Source: a bacterium (GTDB lineage Bacteria > Elusimicrobiota > Elusimicrobia > UBA1565 > UBA9628). From it: 64,000 nt of DNA. The position numbers and the translations under genes are program-made. The notes below the pieces were generated by a model. That model made no database searches. It was not told the DNA's origin and saw only the letters and a program-made list of their open reading frames with translations. Shown here in pieces: positions 9,743 through 19,353 of the stretch. The stretch lies in assembly GCA_021799485.1 (NCBI GenBank), contig JAJZAK010000001.1:34458-98457 (forward strand), written 5' to 3'. The stretch's first letter is position 1, and every line of letters starts with the position of its first letter.

Positions 9743-10270
9743 ATGAGCCCGAACTCCATGGCTGAGCCCATCAAGCCGTCGTGGCCTTCCGCCTCCCGTC
9801 CTAATGCGCCGCTCAAGGTTTCGGGGGTGCTCGACGCGTCCTGCATCAAACGCTTCGACGCCGATCAGGGGAAGGATGAAATTCTCAAGAGCCTCGTCTC
9901 CCTCCTCTGCGGCAGAGAGCATCTCGCTCCTGTTGCCGAGGTCCTGAGCAGGGTCCTCGAACGCGAGCGGGGCATCTCGACGACGCTGGACTCCGGCCTC
10001 AGCCTTCCGCACGCGAGGCTCCCCGCTCTCTCGCGGATCTCGCTCGCGCTTGCCGTCTTCTCCCATCCCATCGATGACTCCAAAACGCCGGGCGTCCCTG
10101 TCAAGGCCATGCTCCTTGTCCTCGTCCCGGATAGCGCGGAATCAGCCGCGGCGTATCTCAAGCTCCTGCGCTCGATCGCAAACCTCTTTCAAGGCTCTCT
10201 CCTCGAGGAAATCGGCCGCGCCGCCGATTCGGAGGAAGTCCTCGAACAGATCCGGCGGGCGGAACGATAG
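9743..10270 (+). CDS. PTS IIA domain protein (Ntr/fructose type)
   Basis: RERGISTTLDSGLSLPHAR phospho-His motif; start uncertain (9743/9758). Confidence 0.85.
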   Translation: MSPNSMAEPIKPSWPSASRPNAPLKVSGVLDASCIKRFDADQGKDEILKSLVSLLCGREHLAPVAEVLSRVLERERGISTTLDSGLSLPHARLPALSRISLALAVFSHPIDDSKTPGVPVKAMLLVLVPDSAESAAAYLKLLRSIANLFQGSLLEEIGRAADSEEVLEQIRRAER

Positions 10271-10281
10271 GGCGCTCTCCG

Positions 10282-10797
10282 ATGCCCGTTCTGCCGATCA
10301 TGCGGCACGGCGAGCCGTGCCTGAAGAAGGTCTCCCTTCCCGTCGACTTCGCGACCTTCAAGAAAAGGGACATCGCCAAGCTCTTAAAGAATATGTGGTC
10401 GACCATGTACGCCGCCAAGGGCGTGGGGTTGGCCGCGCCCCAGATCGGGCTCAACCTCCGGCTTGCCGTCATCGACGTGCGCCCCGACGGCAAGCGCCAG
10501 AAACTTGTTCTCGCCAATCCGGAGATCATCTCCCGGGAGGGCGACCTCCATGAGGAAGAGGGCTGCCTCTCGATTCCCGGGCTTTATGCGAAGCTCACGC
10601 GCTCGGCCAAGGTCACGATCCGCGCCTTCGACGAGAAAGGGGAGCCCTATGAGATGACGGGAACGGACCTTCTCGCGCGGGCCTTCCAGCATGAGATCGA
10701 CCATCTCGATGGAAAGCTCTTCGTCGACCGCCTCGACTTCCCCGAGAAGATGAAAGCCATGCAGGCCATCCGAGAACTCAAAAAAAGCTGGATTTAA
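10282..10797 (+). CDS. def: Peptide deformylase
   Basis: GVGLAAPQ, EGCLS, HEIDH. Confidence 0.97.
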   Translation: MPVLPIMRHGEPCLKKVSLPVDFATFKKRDIAKLLKNMWSTMYAAKGVGLAAPQIGLNLRLAVIDVRPDGKRQKLVLANPEIISREGDLHEEEGCLSIPGLYAKLTRSAKVTIRAFDEKGEPYEMTGTDLLARAFQHEIDHLDGKLFVDRLDFPEKMKAMQAIRELKKSWI

Positions 10798-10806
10798 GAG
10801 CTCGGC

Positions 10807-11772
10807 TTGAGGATTCTTTTTTACGGCTCGCCGGCCCAAGCCCTGCCGTTTCTGCGGAGCCTCGCACGGGAGGAGGAGTGCGCGGCCGTCGTCACGAGAC
10901 CCGACAAGCCCCGAAGCCGGGGGCTCTCCTCTTTTCCCACGGCGGTCAAGCGCGAGGCGGCATCCCTTGGCCTCAAGGTCCTCGATCCCCCCAACCCCAT
11001 GGCCGCTATCGAGGAACTCTCGGCGCTCAAGCCCGATCTAGGGGTGGCCGTGGCTTATGGCCGCCTCCTCAGGCCGGAACTCTTCCGCCTCCCCCGCCTG
11101 GGCACGCTCAACGTCCACTTCTCCCTTCTGCCGCGTTACCGAGGCGCGGCGCCCGTCGCCTGGAGCCTCATCAACGGAGAGACGCGCTCCGGCGTCACCG
11201 TCTTCTGGATCGATGAAGGGCTCGACACTGGCCCGATTCTTCTGACACGTGAAACCGCGATTTCTCCCGACGAGGACGCCACGTCCCTCCAAAACCGCCT
11301 CATCGATCTCGGCGTCGGCGCGCTCCGGGAAGCCCTGGCGCTTCTCAAGTCCGGAGCCGCCCAGCCCCGCCCCCAGGTAGGCCCGCCCTGCCTCGCTCCG
11401 CCGCTGACGAATTCCATGGGGCTCGTTTCGTTTGAAAAGCCCGCCGACGCCATTCACAATCTCGTCCGGGGGCTCGCGGGAGGTCCCAAGGCCTACGTCA
11501 ACCTCTCGTCTTCCGAGGGTCCCCGGCGCCTGATCCTCCTTAGGACGAAGCTGCCCGAACACGGCTCCCTGGAGGCGCCGAGCGCCGCGCCGGGCTCCAT
11601 CGCGCGCGTTGATGCCGAAAAAGGCTTTTTGATAGAATGCGGGAAATCAAGCTTTCTCTGGATCGTCGAGGTCCAGATGGAAGGCCGTAGGGCCCTCCCC
11701 GCCGCGAGCTTCTTGAACGGCCTGCGTCTCGGCGCGGGGAAAACATTGCCCTTGATAAATTTGAACGCTTAA
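10807..11772 (+). CDS. fmt: Methionyl-tRNA formyltransferase
   Basis: VTRPDKP, NVHFSLLPRYRGAAP, LDTGPI. Confidence 0.96.
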   Translation: MRILFYGSPAQALPFLRSLAREEECAAVVTRPDKPRSRGLSSFPTAVKREAASLGLKVLDPPNPMAAIEELSALKPDLGVAVAYGRLLRPELFRLPRLGTLNVHFSLLPRYRGAAPVAWSLINGETRSGVTVFWIDEGLDTGPILLTRETAISPDEDATSLQNRLIDLGVGALREALALLKSGAAQPRPQVGPPCLAPPLTNSMGLVSFEKPADAIHNLVRGLAGGPKAYVNLSSSEGPRRLILLRTKLPEHGSLEAPSAAPGSIARVDAEKGFLIECGKSSFLWIVEVQMEGRRALPAASFLNGLRLGAGKTLPLINLNA

Positions 11773-12792
11773 ATGCCTCCCAACGAGCCTCTTTCAACGC
11801 CGCCCGCGCAGGCCCGAACGCCCCCGGGGGTCGTCCCCCCGCGCGTATCCCGGCTGGAGATGGCGGTCGGCGCGGCCGCCCTGCTCCTATTCTCCTATTG
11901 GGCTTTCAATACCGCCATGAAGGCGGCCGTCCACAGCCGTAAGACCGCCGTCGTCCCTGACCTCAAAGGGAAGTCGTTATCAGCGGCCCTGGACTCCTTT
12001 AGTCCTCTGGGGCTGGGACTCAGCAAGGAAGGGACGGAGTTCGATGCCTCGGTTCCCATAGGGTCGATTCTGCGCCAGTACCCCGCCCCGGGCACGGTTG
12101 TGCGGGAGGGCCGCACGATCAGGGTCGTGGTCAGCGAGGGCGGCCGCACCGCCCTTACCCCGTCGTTGATCGGCCTCCAGCTGCGAAACGCCGAGATGCT
12201 GCTGCGCCAAAACGACCTGCTGCTCGGCGAAGCCTCAAGCGCCTACTCGCTGCGCCAGGAAAAAGGGACGGTGCTCGCCCAAGATCCCAAGCCTGAATCG
12301 AGCGTCGAACAGAAAAGCCTGGTCAACGTGGTTGTCTCCGCGGGCCCGCCCCCCGAAGGCGTGCGGCTCATGCCCGATTTCGCCCGCAAGAGCGTCGACG
12401 AGGTTCGCCGCTGGCTCTCCGATACGGGGATCAAGGCGACGATCACGAATGATTCGAGTTCGCTTTTCCCCTATGGCATCGTCCTCTCCCAAACCCCGGA
12501 ACCCGACTCCGTCCTCTCCCCCGCCACGTCTGTTTCCTTCGTCGTGAGCGGAAAGCTCAGCGCCTCCGACCTTAAATCCTCCGAGGTGAGAACCTTTCAT
12601 TACGAGGTCCCCCAGAACGGCTCCGAGGCCCTTCAAGTGCGGATCGTCGCGGTCGACCGCTACGGCGAGCACGAGCTCTTCAATGGGACGCGGCCGGGAG
12701 GCTCCCAGCTCTCCCTACCCATCGAGACCGTCGGCGACGCCAAGATCAAGATCTACTTGAACGGGACTCTCATCGAGGAGAGGTCCCCGTGA
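11773..12792 (+). CDS. Membrane-anchored PASTA-domain protein (three PASTA repeats, no kinase domain)
   Basis: TM then VPDLKG.../PSLIG.../MPDF... repeats with GxVLxQxP. Confidence 0.88.
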   Translation: MPPNEPLSTPPAQARTPPGVVPPRVSRLEMAVGAAALLLFSYWAFNTAMKAAVHSRKTAVVPDLKGKSLSAALDSFSPLGLGLSKEGTEFDASVPIGSILRQYPAPGTVVREGRTIRVVVSEGGRTALTPSLIGLQLRNAEMLLRQNDLLLGEASSAYSLRQEKGTVLAQDPKPESSVEQKSLVNVVVSAGPPPEGVRLMPDFARKSVDEVRRWLSDTGIKATITNDSSSLFPYGIVLSQTPEPDSVLSPATSVSFVVSGKLSASDLKSSEVRTFHYEVPQNGSEALQVRIVAVDRYGEHELFNGTRPGGSQLSLPIETVGDAKIKIYLNGTLIEERSP

Positions 12793-13502
12793 CCGAAGCT
12801 CCCGTGGTCGAGGTGATCCCCTCCCTTCTCGCGGCCGATTTCTCGCGCCTCGGGGATTCGGCGCGGCTTGCGGCCTCCGCGGGCGCGGACGGCATTTCCG
12901 TCGACGTGATGGACGGTCGATTCGTCCCCAATCTTTCCTTCGGACCGGATCACGTGCGCATGCTCAAGCGAGAGACGACTCTCCCCGTCGATTCGCACCT
13001 CATGGTCGAAAACCCGGAGACCGTCGCCCCTTGGTTCATCGACGCCGGCGTGGACACCGTGATCGCCCACGTCGAGGCCTGCCGCGACGCCCGCGCGCTC
13101 GCCGGCCGCATACGCGCCGCAGGGAGACGCTTCGGGCTCGCGGTCAAGCCCAAGACGAGCGAGACCATCCTGACGGGCCTTCTTGGCGATCTCGACCTCG
13201 TCCTCGTCATGACCGTGGAGCCCGGCTTTGGAGGAGCCCTCTTTCTCAAGGACATGCTCCCCAAAATCACGACCCTGCGCCGCGCGATCGACCGGGCGGG
13301 CCTGCGCTGCCGCCTCCAAGTCGACGGAGGCGTCACCGTCGAAACCGCGAAGCTCGCGGCCGCCGCGGGCGCGGACAGCTTCGTCGCCGGGAGCTCCGTC
13401 TTCCGCTCTTCCGACCCGGGGCGCGCCGTGCGCGAGATTCGGGCCGCGGCCGCGGCCGAATTCGCCTCCAAATTTTCGAAGCAGATCCCGACACGAGATT
13501 AA
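12789..13502 (+). CDS. rpe: Ribulose-phosphate 3-epimerase
   Basis: PSLLAADF, DVMDGRFVPN, MTVEPGFGG, VDGG. Confidence 0.96.
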   Translation: MTEAPVVEVIPSLLAADFSRLGDSARLAASAGADGISVDVMDGRFVPNLSFGPDHVRMLKRETTLPVDSHLMVENPETVAPWFIDAGVDTVIAHVEACRDARALAGRIRAAGRRFGLAVKPKTSETILTGLLGDLDLVLVMTVEPGFGGALFLKDMLPKITTLRRAIDRAGLRCRLQVDGGVTVETAKLAAAAGADSFVAGSSVFRSSDPGRAVREIRAAAAAEFASKFSKQIPTRD

Positions 13503-13514
13503 AGGAGACTACTT

Positions 13515-13832
13515 ATGGCCCTCGTCATTCGCCTTCAGAGAGTCGGCAAGCACAAACAGCCGTATTTTCGCATGGTCGCCATCGAGAAATCCCGCGGATC
13601 GCGCGGCAAACCCGTCGAGATCCTCGGTTCCTACAACCCGCGCATGGAGAAGCCGGCCCAAAAAATCCAGGTCAAGAAGGACCGCGTCGACTACTGGGTG
13701 AGCCAAGGCGCCAAGCCCTCGGAGACGGTGGACACCCTCCTCAAGGCCGCCGGCGTCTCGGCGCCTGCGCCCGCCGCCAAGCCACAGCCCTCCGCGAAAT
13801 CTCCGGCGAAGCACGCCGCCAAGAAGGCCTAG
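13515..13832 (+). CDS. rpsP: 30S ribosomal protein S16
   Basis: IRLQRVGK..PYFR, GSYNP, GAKPSETV; AAGGAG SD. Confidence 0.97.
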   Translation: MALVIRLQRVGKHKQPYFRMVAIEKSRGSRGKPVEILGSYNPRMEKPAQKIQVKKDRVDYWVSQGAKPSETVDTLLKAAGVSAPAPAAKPQPSAKSPAKHAAKKA

Positions 13833-13835
13833 CCC

Positions 13836-14063
13836 GTGCGGGATCTTCTTCTCTATTTCCTGCGCGCGATCGCCGAGAAGCCCGAGGCGATCCAGATCGA
13901 GGAGTCCGAGCAGGGCGGAATCTTGACCCTCCTCGTCAAGGTCGCGGACGAGGACAAAGGACGCGTGATCGGCAAGCAAGGCCGCGTTATCAAGGCCCTT
14001 CGCACCGTCCTCGCGGCCGCCTCGACGCCCAACGGCCAGAAAGTCGCGGTCGACGTCGAATAG
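13836..14063 (+). CDS. khpA: KH-domain RNA-binding protein
   Basis: DKGRVIGKQGRVIKALR; conserved position after rpsP. Confidence 0.93.
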   Translation: MRDLLLYFLRAIAEKPEAIQIEESEQGGILTLLVKVADEDKGRVIGKQGRVIKALRTVLAAASTPNGQKVAVDVE

Positions 14064-14079
14064 CGGGGAGCCGCCCGCG

Positions 14080-14793
14080 ATGAGGCGCGCGCCGGCGAGA
14101 CCGTCGCTGCGCATCGGGATCGTGACCCTTGCTCCCGAGATGTTCGGGAGCGTGCTCAAGGCGGGGCTTATCGGTCGGGCAATCCGCGCGGGACTCCTGG
14201 AAGTGGCCTTCGCCAATCCCCGGGACCACTCCCGCGATGCCCACCGTCGCGTCGACGCTCGTCCCTACGGCGGCGGCCCGGGAATGGTCCTCATGCCCGG
14301 TCCCGTCGATGCGGCGATCCGACAGTTCGCCAAGAGAGGCTCTTGGATCGTCGGGCTTTCCCCACGGGGCCGTCCCTTCAGCGGCCGCGCCGCCTCGCGG
14401 CTATCTAGGAAGAAGCAATTCGTCCTCGTCTGCGGGCGCTACGAGGGCCTCGACGAGCGCGTCTGCGCCAGTTTTGACGAGGAGATTTCCATCGGCGACT
14501 ACGTTCTCTCCGGAGGCGAGATCGCGGCGATGGCCGTCCTCGACGCCGTCGCGAGGCTCGTGCCGGGCGCCATGGGAAACGCCTCTTCCTCCGATGAGGA
14601 ATCCTTCGCCGGCGGCCTCCTGGAATATCCCCAATACACGCGCCCAAGGGTCTGGAGCGGGAAACGCGTGCCCGCCGTCCTGCTCTCCGGAAACCATGCG
14701 CGGATCGAGGCTTGGAGGCGGCGCAGGAGCCTCGAACTCACGCGGCGCCTGCGCCCTGATTTGCTTCTTGCGCGCAAAAGTTCTAAAGTATAA
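14080..14793 (+). CDS. trmD: tRNA (guanine37-N1)-methyltransferase
   Basis: PYGGGPGMVL, CGRYEG, SIGDYVLSGGE, LEYPQYTRP. Confidence 0.97.
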   Translation: MRRAPARPSLRIGIVTLAPEMFGSVLKAGLIGRAIRAGLLEVAFANPRDHSRDAHRRVDARPYGGGPGMVLMPGPVDAAIRQFAKRGSWIVGLSPRGRPFSGRAASRLSRKKQFVLVCGRYEGLDERVCASFDEEISIGDYVLSGGEIAAMAVLDAVARLVPGAMGNASSSDEESFAGGLLEYPQYTRPRVWSGKRVPAVLLSGNHARIEAWRRRRSLELTRRLRPDLLLARKSSKV

Positions 14794-14828
14794 CACCTTA
14801 ATTCGAGATTCCAGGGGCACATGTTCAT

Positions 14829-15287
14829 ATGGCGCAAGATATCCATCAAAAAACAGCCGCGCCCAACTTCCGGCCCGGCGACGCCGTCCGGGTTCACGTC
14901 AAGGTCGTCGAGGGGGACTCCGAGCGCGTCCAGCCCTTTGAAGGCGTCGTTTTGCTGCGGCGCGGACGAGGGGACAGCCAATCCTTCACGGTCCGCAAGA
15001 TATCCTTCGGCGTCGGCGTCGAAAGGACTTTTCCCCTCCAATCGCCGTTCATCGAAAAAATAGAGATCCTCAAGTCCAACCATGTCCGGCGCGCGCGTCT
15101 CTACTACCTGCGCGGCCTGACGGGCAAGGCAGCCAAGATCGGCACCGAGGAGAGGGCCGAAAAAGAGCCCTCTCCGAAAGCGCCGGATGCCGCCGCTCCG
15201 GCCGTCGCCGATCACGCGGCCCTCGCCGCCCCCCCCAAGACTCCAGCCAAGGAAGCCGCGGCCCAGCCGATCGCCAAGGGCACCTGA
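14829..15287 (+). CDS. rplS: 50S ribosomal protein L19
   Basis: [35 protein letters not shown]. Confidence 0.97.
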   Translation: MAQDIHQKTAAPNFRPGDAVRVHVKVVEGDSERVQPFEGVVLLRRGRGDSQSFTVRKISFGVGVERTFPLQSPFIEKIEILKSNHVRRARLYYLRGLTGKAAKIGTEERAEKEPSPKAPDAAAPAVADHAALAAPPKTPAKEAAAQPIAKGT

Positions 15288-15937
15288 ACCACGGCAGGAT
15301 CGGAGGCCTCACGGGCTCCTCGCTCGCTCAGTTCGACGATTCCTATCGCGCTGCCAGCGGAGAACCTTTCCTCATCGGCGTTGACGAAGCCGGCCGAGGC
15401 CCCTTGGCGGGACCCGTCGTCGCCGCGGCCGTGCGGCTCTCCAAGGATCAGATCGGTCCCTTGGCGTGGGCCCGGGACTCCAAGAAACTCTCCGCGGCCC
15501 GACGCGAACGACTCTATGCGCTGATCCGCGAGCACGCCGACGCGGTGAGCGTCGCCTGGGCCCATCCCGACCGCATCGACCGAGACAACATCCTGCAGGC
15601 CTCCTTGGCCGCCATGGCCCGCGCCGCGCGGCGCGCGTCGGGAAAAGGCCCCGCCCTCCTCCTCGTGGACGGCCCCTTTCCCGTCCCCGGCCTTCCCCAC
15701 GGGCTGCGCCAGAAACCTCTTATTAAAGGAGACGACCGCTCTCTTGCCGTCGCCTGCGCAAGCATCGTCGCCAAGGTCGTTCGCGACCGTTGGATGCGGC
15801 GGCTCTCCCGGCGCTATCCCGGTTTCGGCTTCGAACGTCATAAGGGCTATCCGACGGCGGACCATTTGACGGCCCTGCGCGCGCTGGGCCCCAGCAAGGC
15901 CCACCGCCGAAGCTTCGCGCCCGTCCGAGAGGCCTAG
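15284..15937 (+). CDS. rnhB: Ribonuclease HII (probable non-canonical start; CTG 15284 proposed)
   Basis: [14 protein letters not shown] motif lies upstream of the ORF-track TTG 15404; DSKKL, KGD, ASIVAKV, HKGY, HRRSF. Confidence 0.93.
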   Translation: MNHGRIGGLTGSSLAQFDDSYRAASGEPFLIGVDEAGRGPLAGPVVAAAVRLSKDQIGPLAWARDSKKLSAARRERLYALIREHADAVSVAWAHPDRIDRDNILQASLAAMARAARRASGKGPALLLVDGPFPVPGLPHGLRQKPLIKGDDRSLAVACASIVAKVVRDRWMRRLSRRYPGFGFERHKGYPTADHLTALRALGPSKAHRRSFAPVREA

Positions 15938-16200
15938 TGTAGTGAGTCCATGATATCTTTACAATTGCTGGGCCTATTTGGACCGGATTCAAGGCGCGAG
16001 GAGCGAGCATACTGAATGTATATGAGCGACGAGCAACGCGGAAGCCGGGCGAAAGAGGCCCAGCCCGCAGCGGGAAGGCCCATTTCGGGGCCATCGCGGC
16101 GTTGCTCCTCGGTTACAGGCCTCGGCCTGCGCCCTCGTCGCGTCTTGCGCTGGCTCCCAACCTGGGCCTTCAATTGTAAAGATATCATGGACTCACTACA
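15938..16200. mobile_element. MITE-like element 1 (263 bp; 30-bp perfect TIR; CTAG duplication)
   Basis: TIR tgtagtgagtccatgatatctttacaattg at 15938-15967 and reverse complement at 16171-16200; CTAG at 15934-37 and 16201-04; no transposase. Confidence 0.88.
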
Positions 16201-16204
16201 CTAG

Positions 16205-16570
16205 ATGCCGGAAACCCGCGCCGATCGGGGGCGCGAAGCCGAGGATCGCGCGGCCGCCCACCTGCGAACCCTGGGCTGCGAGATCCTCGCGCGCAATTTC
16301 CGCACGAAATGGGGCGAGATCGACATCGTCGCGCTCTCCCCCGGACGCGACATCCTCATCTTCGCCGAGGTCCGCTACCGCAGCCGCGACGACTTCGGCG
16401 CGCCGGAGGAAACCGTCGTCATCTCCAAGCAGCGCAAACTCGTGCGGGCGGCGCAAATCTTTCTGAAAACCGCGCCGGCCGCGCTTCGCGGCGCCGCCGC
16501 GCGCTTCGACGTCGTCGCCCTCTCGCCCGCTGGCCTCCGGCACATTGAGAACGCCTTCGAGGCGTCGTAA
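16205..16570 (+). CDS. yraN: YraN family (UPF0102) nuclease
   Basis: GREAE, RNFRTKWGEIDIVA, FAEVR, RFDVV; usual rnhB neighbour. Confidence 0.93.
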   Translation: MPETRADRGREAEDRAAAHLRTLGCEILARNFRTKWGEIDIVALSPGRDILIFAEVRYRSRDDFGAPEETVVISKQRKLVRAAQIFLKTAPAALRGAAARFDVVALSPAGLRHIENAFEAS

Positions 16571-16625
16571 TCGGCTTCGGCTTTCGTCGGTTTTTTACCT
16601 GAATTTACTCATTTTTACTTGAAAA

Positions 16626-17261
16626 ATGCGGCGGCACGGCCTACCCTCCAATCGTGCCATGAAAGCCTCACCGAGAAACTGGCTCAGGCTCATCCTCCAA
16701 GGCGCTTTTCTCCTATGTCTTGGCGTCCAGGGCGCCACGGCGGACCCGGCCTCCGGAGAAGCCGCCGCTCCCGCGACAATGACCCTCCATCCATTAAGTC
16801 GGAATGACCGCCTGCGGATCGAGGAAAGACAGCTTCAAAAACGAGCGGTAGCCCTGGAGTTAGAGAAAAAAAGCTTGGCCAAGCTCGAGGCCGCCCTTCT
16901 CAAAAGCAAAGGCCGCGCCCTTTCCTCTCGCGCCGTCGCGCGCTCCCAAGGCAAGCGCGCGGGCTCTCGACGCCGCGCCCGCCCCGCCAAACCGGCGCAG
17001 TCCATTCCCTGGCAAATCCCTCAATTGCCGCGATGGGTGCAGGCGTGGGGCCTCGCCGTCCAGGCGAGAAGCCTCGATATGCCCTTCGACCAAGTCTGGC
17101 CGCCGGGCGCGTCCTCCTTTTGCGCCGGGAGAAAGCACTGCCCGTTGGCCGGCGGCAACTGGAAGGCCGTGCCAAGGGCATCCAGCGGATTCCGCGACGG
17201 GGTCACCCCCTGTCCCAGCCGCTACTATTGGCCGATCCCCATGCCGCTCGCCCGCCGCTAA
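16626..17261 (+). CDS. Hypothetical exported protein
   Basis: Signal-peptide-like N-terminus, coiled coil, basic linker, Trp/Cys-rich C-terminus; AT-rich upstream; start may be 16659. Confidence 0.5.
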   Translation: MRRHGLPSNRAMKASPRNWLRLILQGAFLLCLGVQGATADPASGEAAAPATMTLHPLSRNDRLRIEERQLQKRAVALELEKKSLAKLEAALLKSKGRALSSRAVARSQGKRAGSRRRARPAKPAQSIPWQIPQLPRWVQAWGLAVQARSLDMPFDQVWPPGASSFCAGRKHCPLAGGNWKAVPRASSGFRDGVTPCPSRYYWPIPMPLARR

Positions 17262-17308
17262 GGGCTCGTTGCTTCTTACTTGTCGCTTCTTAGTACAATG
17301 TCGCCGCC

Positions 17309-18379
17309 ATGGCGACTCTTTTTACCCCGCTTAAGCTGCGCGGGACGGAATTTAAGAACCGAATCTTCGTCTCTCCCATGTGCCAATATTCAAGCCGGGA
17401 CGGGCTGCCGACCGAATGGCATCTTGTCCACCTGGGTTCTCGCGCGGTGGGAGGAGCGGCGCTTGTGATGGCGGAGGCCACTGCCGTGAGCCCCGAGGGA
17501 CGAATCTCCCCGCGGGATTCCGGCCTGTGGTCCGACGCCCACGCGGAAGCCTTCGCCCCCATCACGCGTTTCGTGAAGGAGCAGGGCTCGATCCCGGGCA
17601 TCCAGCTCGCGCACGCGGGACGCAAGGCCTCGACGCCGCCGCCTTGGGAGAAAGCTTCCGGCCGGTTCGTGCGCCCGGAGGACGGCGGCTGGACGCCCCT
17701 CGCCCCCTCCAGCATCCCCTTCGACGCAGGCTATCCCGATCCGCGGGAGATGACGTCGCGGGATATCCGCCTCGTCGCCCAGCAGTTCAGCGAGGCGGCG
17801 GCGCGCGCGCTCAACGCCGGTTTTGAAGTCATCGAGCTCCATTTTGCCCACGGTTATCTCGTCCACGAGTTTCTCTCGCCCCTTTCCAACCGGCGCGAGG
17901 ACGCCTACGGAGGGAGCTTCGAGAACCGCGCGCGTCTCTCCATCGAGATCGTGCGCGCCGTCCGCAAGACATGGCCCGAGCGTCTCCCTCTTTTCGTGCG
18001 TCTCTCGGCGACGGATTGGGTCGGGGGGGGCTGGGACCTCGATGAGTCCGTCGTGCTCGCGCTCAGCCTCAAGACCCTGGGCGCCGATCTCATCGACTGC
18101 TCAAGCGGAGCGCTTGTTCCCCATGCCAAGATTCCGGCCGGTCCCGGCTATCAAGTCCCCTTCGCGGAGGCCATTCGCGAGCGCGCGGGCATCCCCACTG
18201 CGGCAGTAGGCTTCATCACCGACCCGGTCCAGGCCGAGACGATCCTCGCGACGGGGCAGGCGGACGCGGTGTTTTTGGCCCGCGAAATGCTGAGAAACCC
18301 TTATTGGCCGCTCGAAGCCGCGAAAACGCTGGGCGTCGACGTCCCTTGGCCCCGGCAGTACGAACGCGCTAAGCTTTAA
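17309..18379 (+). CDS. namA: NADH:flavin oxidoreductase (old yellow enzyme, YqjM/NamA type)
   Basis: SPMCQYS, QLAHAGRKAS, AHGYLVHEFLSP, PGYQVPFA. Confidence 0.93.
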   Translation: MATLFTPLKLRGTEFKNRIFVSPMCQYSSRDGLPTEWHLVHLGSRAVGGAALVMAEATAVSPEGRISPRDSGLWSDAHAEAFAPITRFVKEQGSIPGIQLAHAGRKASTPPPWEKASGRFVRPEDGGWTPLAPSSIPFDAGYPDPREMTSRDIRLVAQQFSEAAARALNAGFEVIELHFAHGYLVHEFLSPLSNRREDAYGGSFENRARLSIEIVRAVRKTWPERLPLFVRLSATDWVGGGWDLDESVVLALSLKTLGADLIDCSSGALVPHAKIPAGPGYQVPFAEAIRERAGIPTAAVGFITDPVQAETILATGQADAVFLAREMLRNPYWPLEAAKTLGVDVPWPRQYERAKL

Positions 18380-19353
18380 TTTTCCGGCAGGTCGAGGTTC
18401 CGCAAGCAGGCGTCGACGATGTGGCCGGAGGAGATGCCGAACTTCTCGTAAAGCTCGGCGGGCAGGCCCGACTCTCCAAAAGCCCGGGCGCCGAGCGCCA
18501 CGACGGGCACCCCGAGAGCGTCCTTGGCGGCGCACTCCGAGACGGCGGAGCCAAGACCGCCCACGACGTTATGATCCTCGACCGTGACGATGCGCTGGCT
18601 TGTCTTCGCGGCCCGGACGACGGCCTCGCCATCGAAGGGATGAAGTGTCCCGGCGTTCATGACCCGAACCTTAAAACCGCGGCTCTCGAGCTCCCGCCCG
18701 GCCCGGATCGCCTCGGGAACCGTCCCGCCGCTCGCGAAAATCGTCGCCTGAAGGCGGCTCCGCCCGTCCGGCGGGCGGGCGACGCCTCCCGGGGGGCCGA
18801 AAACCTCGTCCGCGCGTCCCATGCAAAATTGATAGTCGGCGCCGTGGCAGTCGTCAAGTTTTTGGCGGGTCAGCCTCAAATAAACGGGGCCCTCATGCTC
18901 GAGCATCCAACGGACGGCCTGCCGGGTCTCCGCGGCGTCCGCCGGCTGAAGAATGATCATGCCCGGCAAGGCCCTCAGGGCCGAGACGTCCTCGAGGCCC
19001 ATCTGGGAGGCGCCGTCCTCGCCGATCCCCAACCCCGCATGGGTTCCGACGAGCTTGACGTTCGTGCGGTTGTAGCCGACGGCGACGCGGATCGTCTCCA
19101 AACGGCCGGCGAGAAAGCAGGCGAAGCTCGTCATGACCGGAATTTTCCCGCAAAGCGCCAGCCCCGCGCCCACGCCTACCATGTTCTGCTCGGCGATGCC
19201 CAGCTCAAGATGGCGCGCGGGAAACTTCTTCGCGAAGGCCTGCGTCATGGTGGACTTCGAAAGATCGGCGTCCATCACCACCATGTGGGGGAATTGGTCC
19301 GCCAGTTCGACGATCGCCTCGCCGAAGGCCTCGCGCGTCGCGGCGCCCGCCAT
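18376..19353 (-). CDS. Transketolase, C-terminal subunit
   Basis: DADLSKST, GIAEQNM, GEDGASQM, GPVYLRL. Confidence 0.93.
   Translation of the reverse strand: MAGAATREAFGEAIVELADQFPHMVVMDADLSKSTMTQAFAKKFPARHLELGIAEQNMVGVGAGLALCGKIPVMTSFACFLAGRLETIRVAVGYNRTNVKLVGTHAGLGIGEDGASQMGLEDVSALRALPGMIILQPADAAETRQAVRWMLEHEGPVYLRLTRQKLDDCHGADYQFCMGRADEVFGPPGGVARPPDGRSRLQATIFASGGTVPEAIRAGRELESRGFKVRVMNAGTLHPFDGEAVVRAAKTSQRIVTVEDHNVVGGLGSAVSECAAKDALGVPVVALGARAFGESGLPAELYEKFGISSGHIVDACLRNLDLPEN

Noticed and set aside
15934-16204. Small ORFs 15934-16188(-) and 16016-16204(+), both ending [10 protein letters not shown]
   Set aside because: The identical tails come from reading through the MITE inverted repeats; no transposase motifs
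18750-18800. Short GC hairpin encoding an extra loop in the transketolase C-subunit
   Set aside because: Stem of about 6 bp is expected by chance at this GC content; no similarity to the other palindromes
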